Below, piece by piece: positions 9,145 through 17,767 of a DNA stretch of 64,000 bases. The notes beneath the pieces were generated by a model, which had not been told where the DNA came from, searched no databases, and saw nothing but the letters and a program-made list of their open reading frames with translations. A program made the translations under genes and the position numbers. This DNA comes from Alphaproteobacteria bacterium (GTDB taxonomy: Bacteria > Pseudomonadota > Alphaproteobacteria > GCA-2731375): assembly GCA_965232515.1 (NCBI GenBank), contig CBDDPY010000002.1:2880001-2944000 (forward strand). Direction: 5' to 3'. Each line of letters starts with the position of its first letter. Position 1 is the stretch's first letter.

Positions 9145-9345
9145 ATGAACAAGATTGACGACGACTTCGTGCGGGATCTGGCCCGCATGTGGCATGGACT
9201 GGAATTGTCCGATGCCGAGGCCGCCGGCATTCGGGCCATCCTGACGGCGCAGGAACCGATCGCCGAGACCGCGGCGAAGAAAATGAGCTTTGACGCCGAA
9301 CCCGCGGGCTTCATCAGCTTCCTGGAAACGGACGACAAATCATGA
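9145..9345 (+). CDS. Small (66 aa) amidase-partner protein, GatC/AtzG-like
   Basis: GGAGG RBS; ATGA overlap with amidase; clear paralog at 53387. Confidence 0.7.
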   Translation: MNKIDDDFVRDLARMWHGLELSDAEAAGIRAILTAQEPIAETAAKKMSFDAEPAGFISFLETDDKS

Positions 9346-10763
9346 GCCGCGAGCTGGCCGAACTGAGCCTGGTCGAGGTCGCCGACCGCATCACTAGCCG
9401 CGACGTCTCCGCGGTCGAAGTCGCCCGCAACGCCATCGCCCGCATCGAAAAGCTCGAGCCGACGCTCAACGCCTTCATCTCGTTCGAGCCCGAGGCGGCG
9501 CTGGCCGACGCCGAGCGGGTCGATGCGGCGATCGGCCGCGGCGATGACGTCGGACCGCTCGCCGGCGTGCCGCTGGCGCACAAGGACATGTACTACCGGG
9601 CCGGCAAGGTCACGACCAGCGGCTCGAAGATCTCGAAGGGGTTCGTCGCCGACCACAATTCGACGGTCCTGCTGCGTCTGCAGTCAGCCGGCGCGCTGCA
9701 TCTCGGTGGCCTCAACATGTCGGAGTTCGTCACCGGGCCGACCGGCCACAATCTGCATTACGGCGACTGCCACAATCCCTGGAATCCGGATCACGCACCG
9801 GGCGGCTCGTCGAGCGGCTCCGGCGCGACGACGGCGGCGCGGCTGGTCTATGGCGCCATGGGCTCGGACACCGGCGGATCGATCCGGATCCCCGCCGCCA
9901 TGTGCGGCGTTGTCGGCCTGAAGCCGACGCAGACCCGGGTCACGCGCTACGGCGCGACGCCGCTTTGCTTCTCGTTCGATTGCTGCGGGCCACTGACCCG
10001 CACGGTGCGCGACGCCGCGCGCATGCTCGGCGTTATCGCCGGCCACGACCCGCACGACCCGACCTCGAGCCGGCGGCATATCGACGACTACGAGGCGGCC
10101 TGCGGCCAGGATGTCCGCGGCCTGCGCGTCGGCGTGCCGACCAGCTACTACAACGAGGATCTGGATCCGGCCGTGGCGGCGATGATGGACGCGAGCCGCA
10201 AGACCTTCACCGACCTCGGCTGCGAGCTGGTCGAGGTGGACATGCCCGACCACGACACCATCAACACGCTGTGGAACGTGATCCTGTCGTCGGAGGCCGC
10301 CGCCATCCATCGCCGCTGGCTCTGCGACCGCCGTGACGATTATGCGCCGCAAGTGCGCCGGCGGCTGGAGGTGGGGCTGTTCCAACCGGCGACGCGCTAT
10401 ATCGAAGCGCTGACGCTGCGCACCGGCATCGCGCAGGCTTTCGTCGACGACGTGCTCGGCGCCTGCGACGTCCTGCATATCCCGACCATGCCGATGCCGG
10501 CGCCGCGCCTCGACGAGATCGCCGTCGGCGACGACGACGATATGCCGGCGGTAATCCTGCGGGTTTCCGGCATGACGCGGCCGATCAGCTTTCTCGGTTT
10601 GCCGTCGCTCAGCATGCTCGGCGGTTTCAGCGATGCCGGCATGCCCGCCTGCTTCCAGCTCGTGGGCCGGCCGTTCGCCGAGATGACGCTGTGCCGGCTC
10701 GGCGACGCCTTCCAACAGGCGACGGACTGGCACACCCGCCTGCCAGATCTGGCTGACTTCTAG
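9342..10763 (+). CDS. Amidase-signature family enzyme (GatA/AtzE-like)
   Basis: AHKD Lys, [19 protein letters not shown]. Confidence 0.92.
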   Translation: MSRELAELSLVEVADRITSRDVSAVEVARNAIARIEKLEPTLNAFISFEPEAALADAERVDAAIGRGDDVGPLAGVPLAHKDMYYRAGKVTTSGSKISKGFVADHNSTVLLRLQSAGALHLGGLNMSEFVTGPTGHNLHYGDCHNPWNPDHAPGGSSSGSGATTAARLVYGAMGSDTGGSIRIPAAMCGVVGLKPTQTRVTRYGATPLCFSFDCCGPLTRTVRDAARMLGVIAGHDPHDPTSSRRHIDDYEAACGQDVRGLRVGVPTSYYNEDLDPAVAAMMDASRKTFTDLGCELVEVDMPDHDTINTLWNVILSSEAAAIHRRWLCDRRDDYAPQVRRRLEVGLFQPATRYIEALTLRTGIAQAFVDDVLGACDVLHIPTMPMPAPRLDEIAVGDDDDMPAVILRVSGMTRPISFLGLPSLSMLGGFSDAGMPACFQLVGRPFAEMTLCRLGDAFQQATDWHTRLPDLADF

Positions 10764-10864
10764 CAGTCGCGGAAATTTGTCCGACGCGCCTCTGGCGGGC
10801 GCGTCATCGTTCGATTATATACCAATCAGTCCAAAACTATCGACCGACAGGAGAAATCGCACCG

Positions 10865-11380
10865 ATGTCGACAAAAATTCATCCCGGAGACGCCATGCCG
10901 CAATTCGAACTGCCCGCCGTGGGCGGCGGCGACGTGCAGATCGGCGGCGACGGCCGCTGGCAGCTGGTGGTCGTCTATCGCGGCAAACATTGCCCGATCT
11001 GCAAGCGCTATCTCGGCGGTCTGAACGAGATGAAGGACGACTTCGCCAAGCTGAACACCGACATCGTCGCAATCTCGGCCGACCCGCAGGAGAAGGCCGA
11101 GCCGGATGTCGCCGAGATGGGTATCGACCTGCCCGTCGGATACGGCTTGAGCGTCGACCAGATGCGGTCGCTCGGCCTCTACATCTCCCAGCCCTATGCC
11201 GAGACCGAGACCGACAGGGAATTCGCCGAGCCCGGCCTGTTCGTGGTCAATCCCGAGGGCAAGGTGCAGATCATCGACGTCTCCAACGCGCCCTTCAGCC
11301 GGCCCGACCTCGCCGGCATCGCCCGCGGCATCGGCGTGATCCAGGAACGCAACTACCCGATCCGCGGCACGCTTGCCTGA
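10865..11380 (+). CDS. Peroxiredoxin-like AhpC/TSA family protein
   Basis: YRGKHCPIC, FAEPGLFVV, SNAPFSRPDL. Confidence 0.85.
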   Translation: MSTKIHPGDAMPQFELPAVGGGDVQIGGDGRWQLVVVYRGKHCPICKRYLGGLNEMKDDFAKLNTDIVAISADPQEKAEPDVAEMGIDLPVGYGLSVDQMRSLGLYISQPYAETETDREFAEPGLFVVNPEGKVQIIDVSNAPFSRPDLAGIARGIGVIQERNYPIRGTLA

Positions 11381-11417
11381 CACCAGACGGCACCCATAAG
11401 AGACCTATAGCCGACCC

Positions 11418-11515
11418 TTCGAGACGGCCGCTGCGCGGCCTCCTCAGGGTGAGGCAGGCAATTGATATCAGGGGCCAGCCTCATGTTGAGGAGGACCCGC
11501 AGGGGCCGTCTCGAA
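11418..11515. repeat. Inverted pair of alphaproteobacterial REP/RIME-like units
   Basis: TTCGAGACGGCCGCTGCGCGGCCTCCTCAGGGTGAGG (11418-11454) is an imperfect reverse complement of 11479-11515. Confidence 0.75.
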
Positions 11516-11549
11516 ACATGCGATATCGGTTACGACCATCGCGACCGTG

Positions 11550-11573
11550 ACGGCGGGGCCTTGGCCCCGCCGT
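11550..11573 (+). terminator. GC-rich hairpin, possible terminator
   Basis: ACGGCGGGGCC-TT-GGCCCCGCCGT perfect stem with a weak T tail. Confidence 0.4.
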
Positions 11574-11628
11574 TGGTTTGCGCCACCATGCCGGCCGATA
11601 AACAAACAATTGTTCGGAGGGTTGCGTC

Positions 11629-13578
11629 ATGGCGGGGGAGATTGTCTGGCGGCCGGATGCGGAGACCATCGCCAACAGCCGGCTGACGGCGTTCCTGAAG
11701 CATGTCGGCTTGGCCGACTATGACGCGCTGGTGGCGAAAGCGGACGCCGAGCCGGCATGGTTCTGGGACACCGTCATCAAGTGGCTCGACGTCCGCTTCG
11801 AGCGTCCCTATGACACCGTGCTCGACCTGTCGGACGGCCTGCCCTGGCCGAAATGGTGCGTCGGCGGCACGACGAATTTCACGCTGAACTGCCTGGACCG
11901 GCATCGCGGCACGCCGGTCGAGGACGCGACGGCCATCGTCTGGGAGTCCGAGACCGGCGAGACCCGTGCCTGGAGCTATCGCGAGCTCGACGCCGAGGCC
12001 TGCCGGCTCGCCGAAGGCCTCAAGCAGCTGGGCCTGGGCCCAGGCGACGCCATCGGCATCTACATGCCGATGCTGCCGGAGACGGCGGCGGCCTTTTTCG
12101 CCATCGCCCGCATCGGCGGCGTCGCCGTGCCGTTGTTTTCCGGCTTCGGCGCTGAGGCGATCGCAACGCGGCTGAACGACGCCAGCGCGAAGGCGGTGAT
12201 CTGCGCCGACGGCACCCGGCGGCGCGGCGCCGATGTACCGTTAAAGCCGGTGCTGGACCAGGCCGCGGCCGAGGTGCCAACGCTCCAGCATGTCGTCGTG
12301 CTGCGCTCGCGCGGCAACGACCTCGACTGGCATGAGGGGCGCGACCGCTGGTGGCACGACGTGGTCGCCGGCCAGCCCGACCGCGGCGATCCGGAGATCG
12401 TGCCCGCGGAGACGCCGGTGCTGCTGGTCTTTACCTCGGGCACGACCGGCAAGCCCAAGGGCACGGTCGGCACCCATTGCGGCTTCCCGATCAAGATCGC
12501 CATCGACTTCACGCTCTGCCTCGACTTCAAGGCCAGTGACCGGCTGATGTGGCTGACCGACTTCGGTTGGGTGGTTGGGCCGATGATCACCGTCGCCGTG
12601 ACCATGGCCGGCGGCAGCCTGCTGATGGCCGAAGGCGTGCCGGACTATCCCGAAAAGGGGCGCATGTGGAAGCTCGCCCAGGACCACGACGTCACCGTTC
12701 TGGGCACGGCGCCGACCTCGATCCGCACGCTGATGCGCAACGGCGTCGAAGAAGTCGAGAAGTACGACCTGTCGTCGTTGCGCACGATCGTCTCGACCGG
12801 CGAACCCTGGACCGACGAGGCCTGGGCCTGGTGCTTCGAGAATGTCGGCAAAGGCCGCATCCCGCTGCTGAACTGGACCGGCGGCACCGAGATCGGCGGC
12901 GGCATCCTCTGCGGCACCATGCACCACGCACTGAAGTCCTGCGCCTTCGGCGGCCCGGTGCCGGGCATGGGCGCCGACATCGTCGATGAGCAGGGCCGGT
13001 CGGTACCATCAGGCCAGGTCGGCGAGCTTGTGCTGCGCCGCCCCTCGATCGGCCTCAGCCGTGGCGTCTGGCAGGACCGCGAGCGCTACCTTGAGACCTA
13101 CTGGTCGATGTTCGGCGACATGTGGCGGCAGGGCGACTGGGCCTCGCGCGACGACGACGGCATGTGGTACGTGCACGGCCGCTCGGACGACACGCTGAAG
13201 CTCGCCGGCAAGCGCACCGGCCCGGCCGAGATCGAGGGCCTGGTGATGGCGACCGGCAAGGTCTCGGAGACCGCCGCCATTGGCATCCCCGATCCGATCG
13301 CCGGCCAGGCGGTCATGTGCGTCTGCGTGCCGGCGCCGGGCGTCGCCGTGGACGCGGCGCTTGAGGCGGAAATCGCGGATGCCGTCGCCGCCGGCTTGGG
13401 CAAGCCGTTCCGACCGAAACGCCTGCTGTTCGTCGACGACCTGCCGAAGACCCGCAACATGAAGATCCTGCGCCGCGTCGTCCGCGCCGTCGTTCAGGGC
13501 GACGCGCCGGGCGACCTGACCGCCCTGGTCAACCCCGAAGCCATCGATGCCTTGCGGGAAAAAGCCCGCGCGTCATAG
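11629..13578 (+). CDS. AMP-forming acyl-CoA synthetase (acetyl-CoA synthetase-like)
   Basis: FTSGTTGKPKG, GGTEIGG, GRSDD, LPKTRNMKILRR. Confidence 0.92.
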   Translation: MAGEIVWRPDAETIANSRLTAFLKHVGLADYDALVAKADAEPAWFWDTVIKWLDVRFERPYDTVLDLSDGLPWPKWCVGGTTNFTLNCLDRHRGTPVEDATAIVWESETGETRAWSYRELDAEACRLAEGLKQLGLGPGDAIGIYMPMLPETAAAFFAIARIGGVAVPLFSGFGAEAIATRLNDASAKAVICADGTRRRGADVPLKPVLDQAAAEVPTLQHVVVLRSRGNDLDWHEGRDRWWHDVVAGQPDRGDPEIVPAETPVLLVFTSGTTGKPKGTVGTHCGFPIKIAIDFTLCLDFKASDRLMWLTDFGWVVGPMITVAVTMAGGSLLMAEGVPDYPEKGRMWKLAQDHDVTVLGTAPTSIRTLMRNGVEEVEKYDLSSLRTIVSTGEPWTDEAWAWCFENVGKGRIPLLNWTGGTEIGGGILCGTMHHALKSCAFGGPVPGMGADIVDEQGRSVPSGQVGELVLRRPSIGLSRGVWQDRERYLETYWSMFGDMWRQGDWASRDDDGMWYVHGRSDDTLKLAGKRTGPAEIEGLVMATGKVSETAAIGIPDPIAGQAVMCVCVPAPGVAVDAALEAEIADAVAAGLGKPFRPKRLLFVDDLPKTRNMKILRRVVRAVVQGDAPGDLTALVNPEAIDALREKARAS

Positions 13579-13599
13579 GCGTCCACTTCCAAAGAGTTT

Positions 13600-13688
13600 T
13601 CACCACGAAGACGCAAAGACACCAAGGTCAGACGTCAGGATCGCCGGATATCCTGCGTGATCTTTGTGTCTTTGCGTCTTTGTGGTGA
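13600..13688. repeat. Palindromic intergenic element with 27-bp arms of about 9-nt periodicity
   Basis: TCACCACGAAGACGCAAAGACACCAAG (13600-13626) vs reverse complement of 13662-13688: 25/27 match; between convergent genes. Confidence 0.8.
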
Positions 13689-13700
13689 TTCTACTCTGAC

Positions 13701-14420
13701 TTAGCTTCCATCCCGCGCCGCGCGCCATTCGTCGTAGGCGGCGAGCGTTTCTTCGTTGGGCGGGTATGTGCCGATGGTGGGGTGGCCGTCGCGGACGCGC
13801 TGGATCAGGAATTCCTCCAGCACCTCCTGCTCGGCGCTGTCGCGGGCGACCTCGTCGGCGACGACGCGCGGAATGACGACCACGCCGTCGGTATCGCCGA
13901 CCAGCACGTCGCCCGGAAACACCGCGACGCCGCCGCAGGCGATCGGCTGGCCGATGTCGGCGCCGAAATGCACGGTGATGCTCGCCGGCGCGGCCGAGCC
14001 GTTGCAGAACACCGGCAGGCCCACCGCGGCGACGGCGGCGGCATCGCGCATCGGTCCGTCGGCGACCACGGCGGCGCAGCCGCGCGCCAGCAGCCGCGTC
14101 GCCAGGATGTCGCCGAGCGCGCCGGCGCGGCGGTCGCCGCGGCAATCGATCACCATGACCTGGCCGGGCGGGATGTCCTCGATGGCCTTGCGCGGCGGAT
14201 ATTCGGGATCGCCCAGCACCTCCGGCCGGCTCAGATCCTCGCGCATGGGAATGAAGCGCAAGGTGTAGGCCTCGGCGGCGAAGCGGCTGTTCGCCGGATC
14301 GAGCGGCTTGGCGTCCTGGATGAAGACATTGCGGAAGCCGCGCTTCAGAAGCTGCATCGTCAGCGTCGCCGTGCCGACGCCCCGCAGTGTTTCAAGCGTG
14401 TTTGGGTCGAGGGCCGCCAT
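13701..14420 (-). CDS. RraA/HMG-aldolase family protein
   Basis: TLRFIPMREDL, GDILATRL..RG, DGPMRD, VFPGDVLVGDTDGVVVIP. Confidence 0.85.
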   Translation of the reverse strand: MAALDPNTLETLRGVGTATLTMQLLKRGFRNVFIQDAKPLDPANSRFAAEAYTLRFIPMREDLSRPEVLGDPEYPPRKAIEDIPPGQVMVIDCRGDRRAGALGDILATRLLARGCAAVVADGPMRDAAAVAAVGLPVFCNGSAAPASITVHFGADIGQPIACGGVAVFPGDVLVGDTDGVVVIPRVVADEVARDSAEQEVLEEFLIQRVRDGHPTIGTYPPNEETLAAYDEWRAARDGS

Positions 14421-15613
14421 TACGCGGCCCGCCCGAGCAGGCCACGCAGGGCCAGATTCCGCATCAGCTCGCCGACCCCGAAGGTCCAGGGCGGCAGCCG
14501 GTCGGTATGGTTCACCCGGTTGATCAGCGCGCCGAGCATTGGCGTCGAGATCGTCACCACGTCGCCCAGATGGTGTGTGAAGCCTTGATCCGGACCGTCG
14601 CGATCTTCCGTCGGGGCGAACATGGTGCCGGTGAACAGCAACAGACCATCGGGATACTGGTTATGGGCGCCGATGGCCTGGCCCGCGAGGTCGGCGGGAT
14701 CGCGGCTGATCTCGGACAGCGAGCTGACGCCGTCCACGGTGAAGCCGTCGTCGCCCGCGACGGTCAGGCGGATGTCCATGCGGCGCACGTCGTCCATCGT
14801 GAAGCTGTCGTCGAACAGCCGCACGAACGGCCCGACGGCGCAGGAGCCGCGGTTGTCCTTGGCCTTGCCCAGAAGCAGAGAGCTGCGGCCCTCGACGTCG
14901 CGCAGGTTCACGTCGTTGCCCAGCGTCGCGCCGACGACGCGACCGTCCGGCGCGATCACCAGCACGACCTCCGGCTCCGGATTGTTCCAGGTCGAGGCCG
15001 GATGCACGCCGATCTCGGCGCCGGTCCCAACCGACGCCATTGGCTGGGACTTGGTGAAGACCTCGGCGTCGGGACCGATACCGACTTCGAGATAGGGCGA
15101 CCAGAGCCCCTTCTCGACCAGCACCTGCTTGACCGCCATGGCGCCGTCCGAGCCCGGCTCGATGTCGGCGAGGCTGTCGCCGATCTGTTCGGCCATCAGG
15201 CGGCGAATTTCGGCGGCCTGGTCGGGATCGCCCTTGGCCTGCTCCTCGATGACGCGCTCGAGCATGCTGCGCACGAAGGTAACCCCGCAGGCCTTCAGCG
15301 CCTGCAGATCTGCCGGCGCCAGAAAATGCGGCGCGTCACCCCGGCGGGCGGCGTGGTGGCTGTTGGCGAGAATGTCGGCGACGTCGCCGAGACGTTCGCC
15401 GGCGCCCGCTGTCGCCGTCGTGGCCGGATCGTCCGCCGCCAGAAGGCCGGCCAGCGTCGGCGCGACGGCGCTCAGATCGAACACGCCGTCGTCGCGCACC
15501 AGCACCGGACTCGGCCCCGGAACCGTGCCGGGCACCCATGCCCGGCCGACGAATGTGCCGCTAAGACCGCCTTCCGGCAGGCAATTCGTTGGCGTCAGGT
15601 CGACGTCCGGCAT
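14420..15613 (-). CDS. Fumarylacetoacetate hydrolase family protein, XylX (2-keto-3-deoxypentonate dehydratase)-like
   Basis: KACGVTF, GPDAEVFTK, WNNPEPE, GNDVNLRDVEGRS, GTMFAP. Confidence 0.85.
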   Translation of the reverse strand: MPDVDLTPTNCLPEGGLSGTFVGRAWVPGTVPGPSPVLVRDDGVFDLSAVAPTLAGLLAADDPATTATAGAGERLGDVADILANSHHAARRGDAPHFLAPADLQALKACGVTFVRSMLERVIEEQAKGDPDQAAEIRRLMAEQIGDSLADIEPGSDGAMAVKQVLVEKGLWSPYLEVGIGPDAEVFTKSQPMASVGTGAEIGVHPASTWNNPEPEVVLVIAPDGRVVGATLGNDVNLRDVEGRSSLLLGKAKDNRGSCAVGPFVRLFDDSFTMDDVRRMDIRLTVAGDDGFTVDGVSSLSEISRDPADLAGQAIGAHNQYPDGLLLFTGTMFAPTEDRDGPDQGFTHHLGDVVTISTPMLGALINRVNHTDRLPPWTFGVGELMRNLALRGLLGRAA

Positions 15614-15694
15614 GCCATCCCTCCCGTTTCCGATGCCGCCAGTATGCCACCGGCAGCGGGCGGAAGGCCACGGCCCGAATGGTCGTGTTGCGGG

Positions 15695-16207
15695 TTAGGC
15701 GCTGGCCGCCGGGAGCAACGGTTGAACGGAGCCGCCAGATTCCGACCGGGCGCTCTGACCGGCCGCGACGGCCTGCGACAGGAACGACATGAACATTGGC
15801 CATTGCTGACTGCCGAAATGTTTCAGCAGGCGTTTCTGCGCCGCCTCCCAGAGCGGTATGGCGCGGGTGATTGCGGCGATGCCGTCCTCCGACAGGGAGA
15901 TCAGCTTCCGATTGCCGGTCGGACCGGCAGTCTTTTCGATCAATCCCTGCTGCATCAGCGGCTGCAGGTTACGGGCCAGCGTCGACGGGTCCATCACGAG
16001 CTCGCGCGACAGCTTGGCGACGCTAGCCGGCCCGTGCCCCGCGACCGTGATCAGGATGGCGAGCTGGGTCGAGCGCAGGCCGGTGGGCTCCAGCGCCTCG
16101 TCGAACAGCTGCGTGACAACGCGCGACGCCTTGCGAATGTTCAAGCACCCACAGGACTCCGCCGCGGCGGCGCAGTGCTCCGGGTCGAACCGAATTCCCG
16201 ACGTCAT
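15695..16207 (-). CDS. MarR family transcriptional regulator
   Basis: CGCLNIRKASRVVTQLFD, MDPSTLARNL wHTH. Confidence 0.85.
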   Translation of the reverse strand: MTSGIRFDPEHCAAAAESCGCLNIRKASRVVTQLFDEALEPTGLRSTQLAILITVAGHGPASVAKLSRELVMDPSTLARNLQPLMQQGLIEKTAGPTGNRKLISLSEDGIAAITRAIPLWEAAQKRLLKHFGSQQWPMFMSFLSQAVAAGQSARSESGGSVQPLLPAASA

Positions 16208-16304
16208 GGCGTCGGCCCCCCTTTAATTTTGTTATCGGTTGATCGTCATTATTCACGAACCCGTGAACAGTGCAATGGGAACGGCCACCAACTTCATGCG
16301 TTTA

Positions 16305-16327
16305 CCTTGTATATGCACTTTACAAGG
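16305..16327. promoter_or_regulatory. Inverted repeat, candidate operator between MarR and PEP-CTERM genes
   Basis: CCTTGTA-N9-TACAAGG; a second IR TTCACG-N4-CGTGAA at 16252-16267. Confidence 0.4.
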
Positions 16328-16336
16328 GGGTTGATC

Positions 16337-16972
16337 ATGGCACCGTGCCAGCACAAGGGCCATCATAGCATCATTTCAATAGCTGTCGTTTCCGTCATCC
16401 TCGTCGCTACCCTGATCGCCGGTTCCGGTTCGGCCAAGGCGGTGCCGACCATCATCGATTTCAACGCCGGCCAGGGCTTCGCGGTTCGTAGCATCCCGGC
16501 CGGTGATCCGGCGGGTACCGGCACCACGGCGTTTTCACGCATCGGCGCGGCATTCGACGGCGGCGAAGTCCTGTTCACGGGCACGCCGGCCTTCTACGCC
16601 TCGCCGCCATCGTCTTATGTGTTCGGCGGCAATCCCGGTTCGGTGATGTTCCGCGACCTGGCAACCGGCGTGCGGTTTTTCTTCGTCGACAATGCCGGCG
16701 GTGGCGCCTTCACGGCGACCGCGTTCGACGATATGGACAACGTCATCGGCACGGTGTCGAGCAATCAAATCACGGTCGTGAACGACCCGGCCAACTTCGT
16801 CGGCTTCGGCCCCGACGCGGCGATCCGGCGAATCGCGTTCACCGGCGGCATCATCGACAACTTCGCCTTCGATGTGCCGGAGCCCGGCACGCTGTCGATC
16901 TTGGCGACCGGCATGCTGTCGTTGCTGGCCTTGCGGCGGCGGCGGCGGGTTGCGGCGAGAATTCCTGGCTAG
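16337..16972 (+). CDS. PEP-CTERM sorting domain surface protein
   Basis: Signal peptide ending AKA; C-terminal VPEPGTL + hydrophobic helix + RRRRR; only the 3' end of the 861-aa track ORF. Confidence 0.88.
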   Translation: MAPCQHKGHHSIISIAVVSVILVATLIAGSGSAKAVPTIIDFNAGQGFAVRSIPAGDPAGTGTTAFSRIGAAFDGGEVLFTGTPAFYASPPSSYVFGGNPGSVMFRDLATGVRFFFVDNAGGGAFTATAFDDMDNVIGTVSSNQITVVNDPANFVGFGPDAAIRRIAFTGGIIDNFAFDVPEPGTLSILATGMLSLLALRRRRRVAARIPG

Positions 16973-17709
16973 GACATCCGCGCGGCGAATGCCGTGTGGA
17001 TGTCGTCCTGCAGACGCTGCGCGGCCGCCTTGGGATCCTTGGCCTGCGTGACCTCGCGGGCGGCAACGATGTAGTCGGCGCCGCCGGCAATGGCCTCGGC
17101 CGGGGTAACGACGCGTTTCTGATCGCCGTGCGGCACGCCGGCCGAGCGCACGCCGGGCGTGACGACGATCGGGCCATCGCCCAACGCCTCGCGCAGGCGT
17201 GCCGCCTCGGCGCCGGACGCGACGATTCCGTCAAAGCCGGCCGCGACCGACTCGCGGGCACGATGCAGGACCAGGTCCGCCAAGTCCCAGGCGTAGCCCA
17301 TGCGGCGGATGTCGTCGGCGTCGAAGTTGGTCAGCACAGTTACGGCCAGCAGCTTGAGGTCGCTGTCGGCGCGGCCACGCACGGCCGCCGCCGGTGTCGG
17401 CCCGACGCCGTGCACGGTCAGGAAATGCACGCCGAGGCGGGCGATGCTGTCGGTGGCGCTGGCCACCGTCTGCTCGATGTCGAACAGCTTGGTGTCGAGG
17501 AAGATCTTCCGGCCGTCGGCGATCAGCTCGGCCGCGAAATCGATGCCGCCGGCGAACTGCAGCTGCAGCCCGATCTTGTAGAATTGCACCGTATCGCCCA
17601 GACGATCGACAAGCGCGCGGGCGGCATCCGCCGACGGCAGATCCAGACCGACAATCAACCGGTCTTCGATGGGCGCATCGCGCCCAACAACTGCCACCTG
17701 GTCCGCCAT
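16969..17709 (-). CDS. pyrF: Orotidine-5'-phosphate decarboxylase
   Basis: LIVGLD, FYKIG, FLDTKLFDI, VTPGVR, DQKRVVTP. Confidence 0.95.
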   Translation of the reverse strand: MADQVAVVGRDAPIEDRLIVGLDLPSADAARALVDRLGDTVQFYKIGLQLQFAGGIDFAAELIADGRKIFLDTKLFDIEQTVASATDSIARLGVHFLTVHGVGPTPAAAVRGRADSDLKLLAVTVLTNFDADDIRRMGYAWDLADLVLHRARESVAAGFDGIVASGAEAARLREALGDGPIVVTPGVRSAGVPHGDQKRVVTPAEAIAGGADYIVAAREVTQAKDPKAAAQRLQDDIHTAFAARMS

Positions 17710-17767
17710 CCGTATCTCCATCTGTCGCTTGGTCCGGCGGGAGCGGACTATAGCCGATTCGGCCGGC

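Noticed and set aside
9342-10763. Calling the two amidases gatA
   Set aside because: No gatB adjacent, two paralogs, catabolic neighbours; treated as catabolic amidases
14387-16336. N-terminal 650 aa of the 861-aa plus-strand ORF
   Set aside because: Antisense shadow of the FAH and MarR genes; only 16337-16972 (PEP-CTERM) has an RBS and protein features
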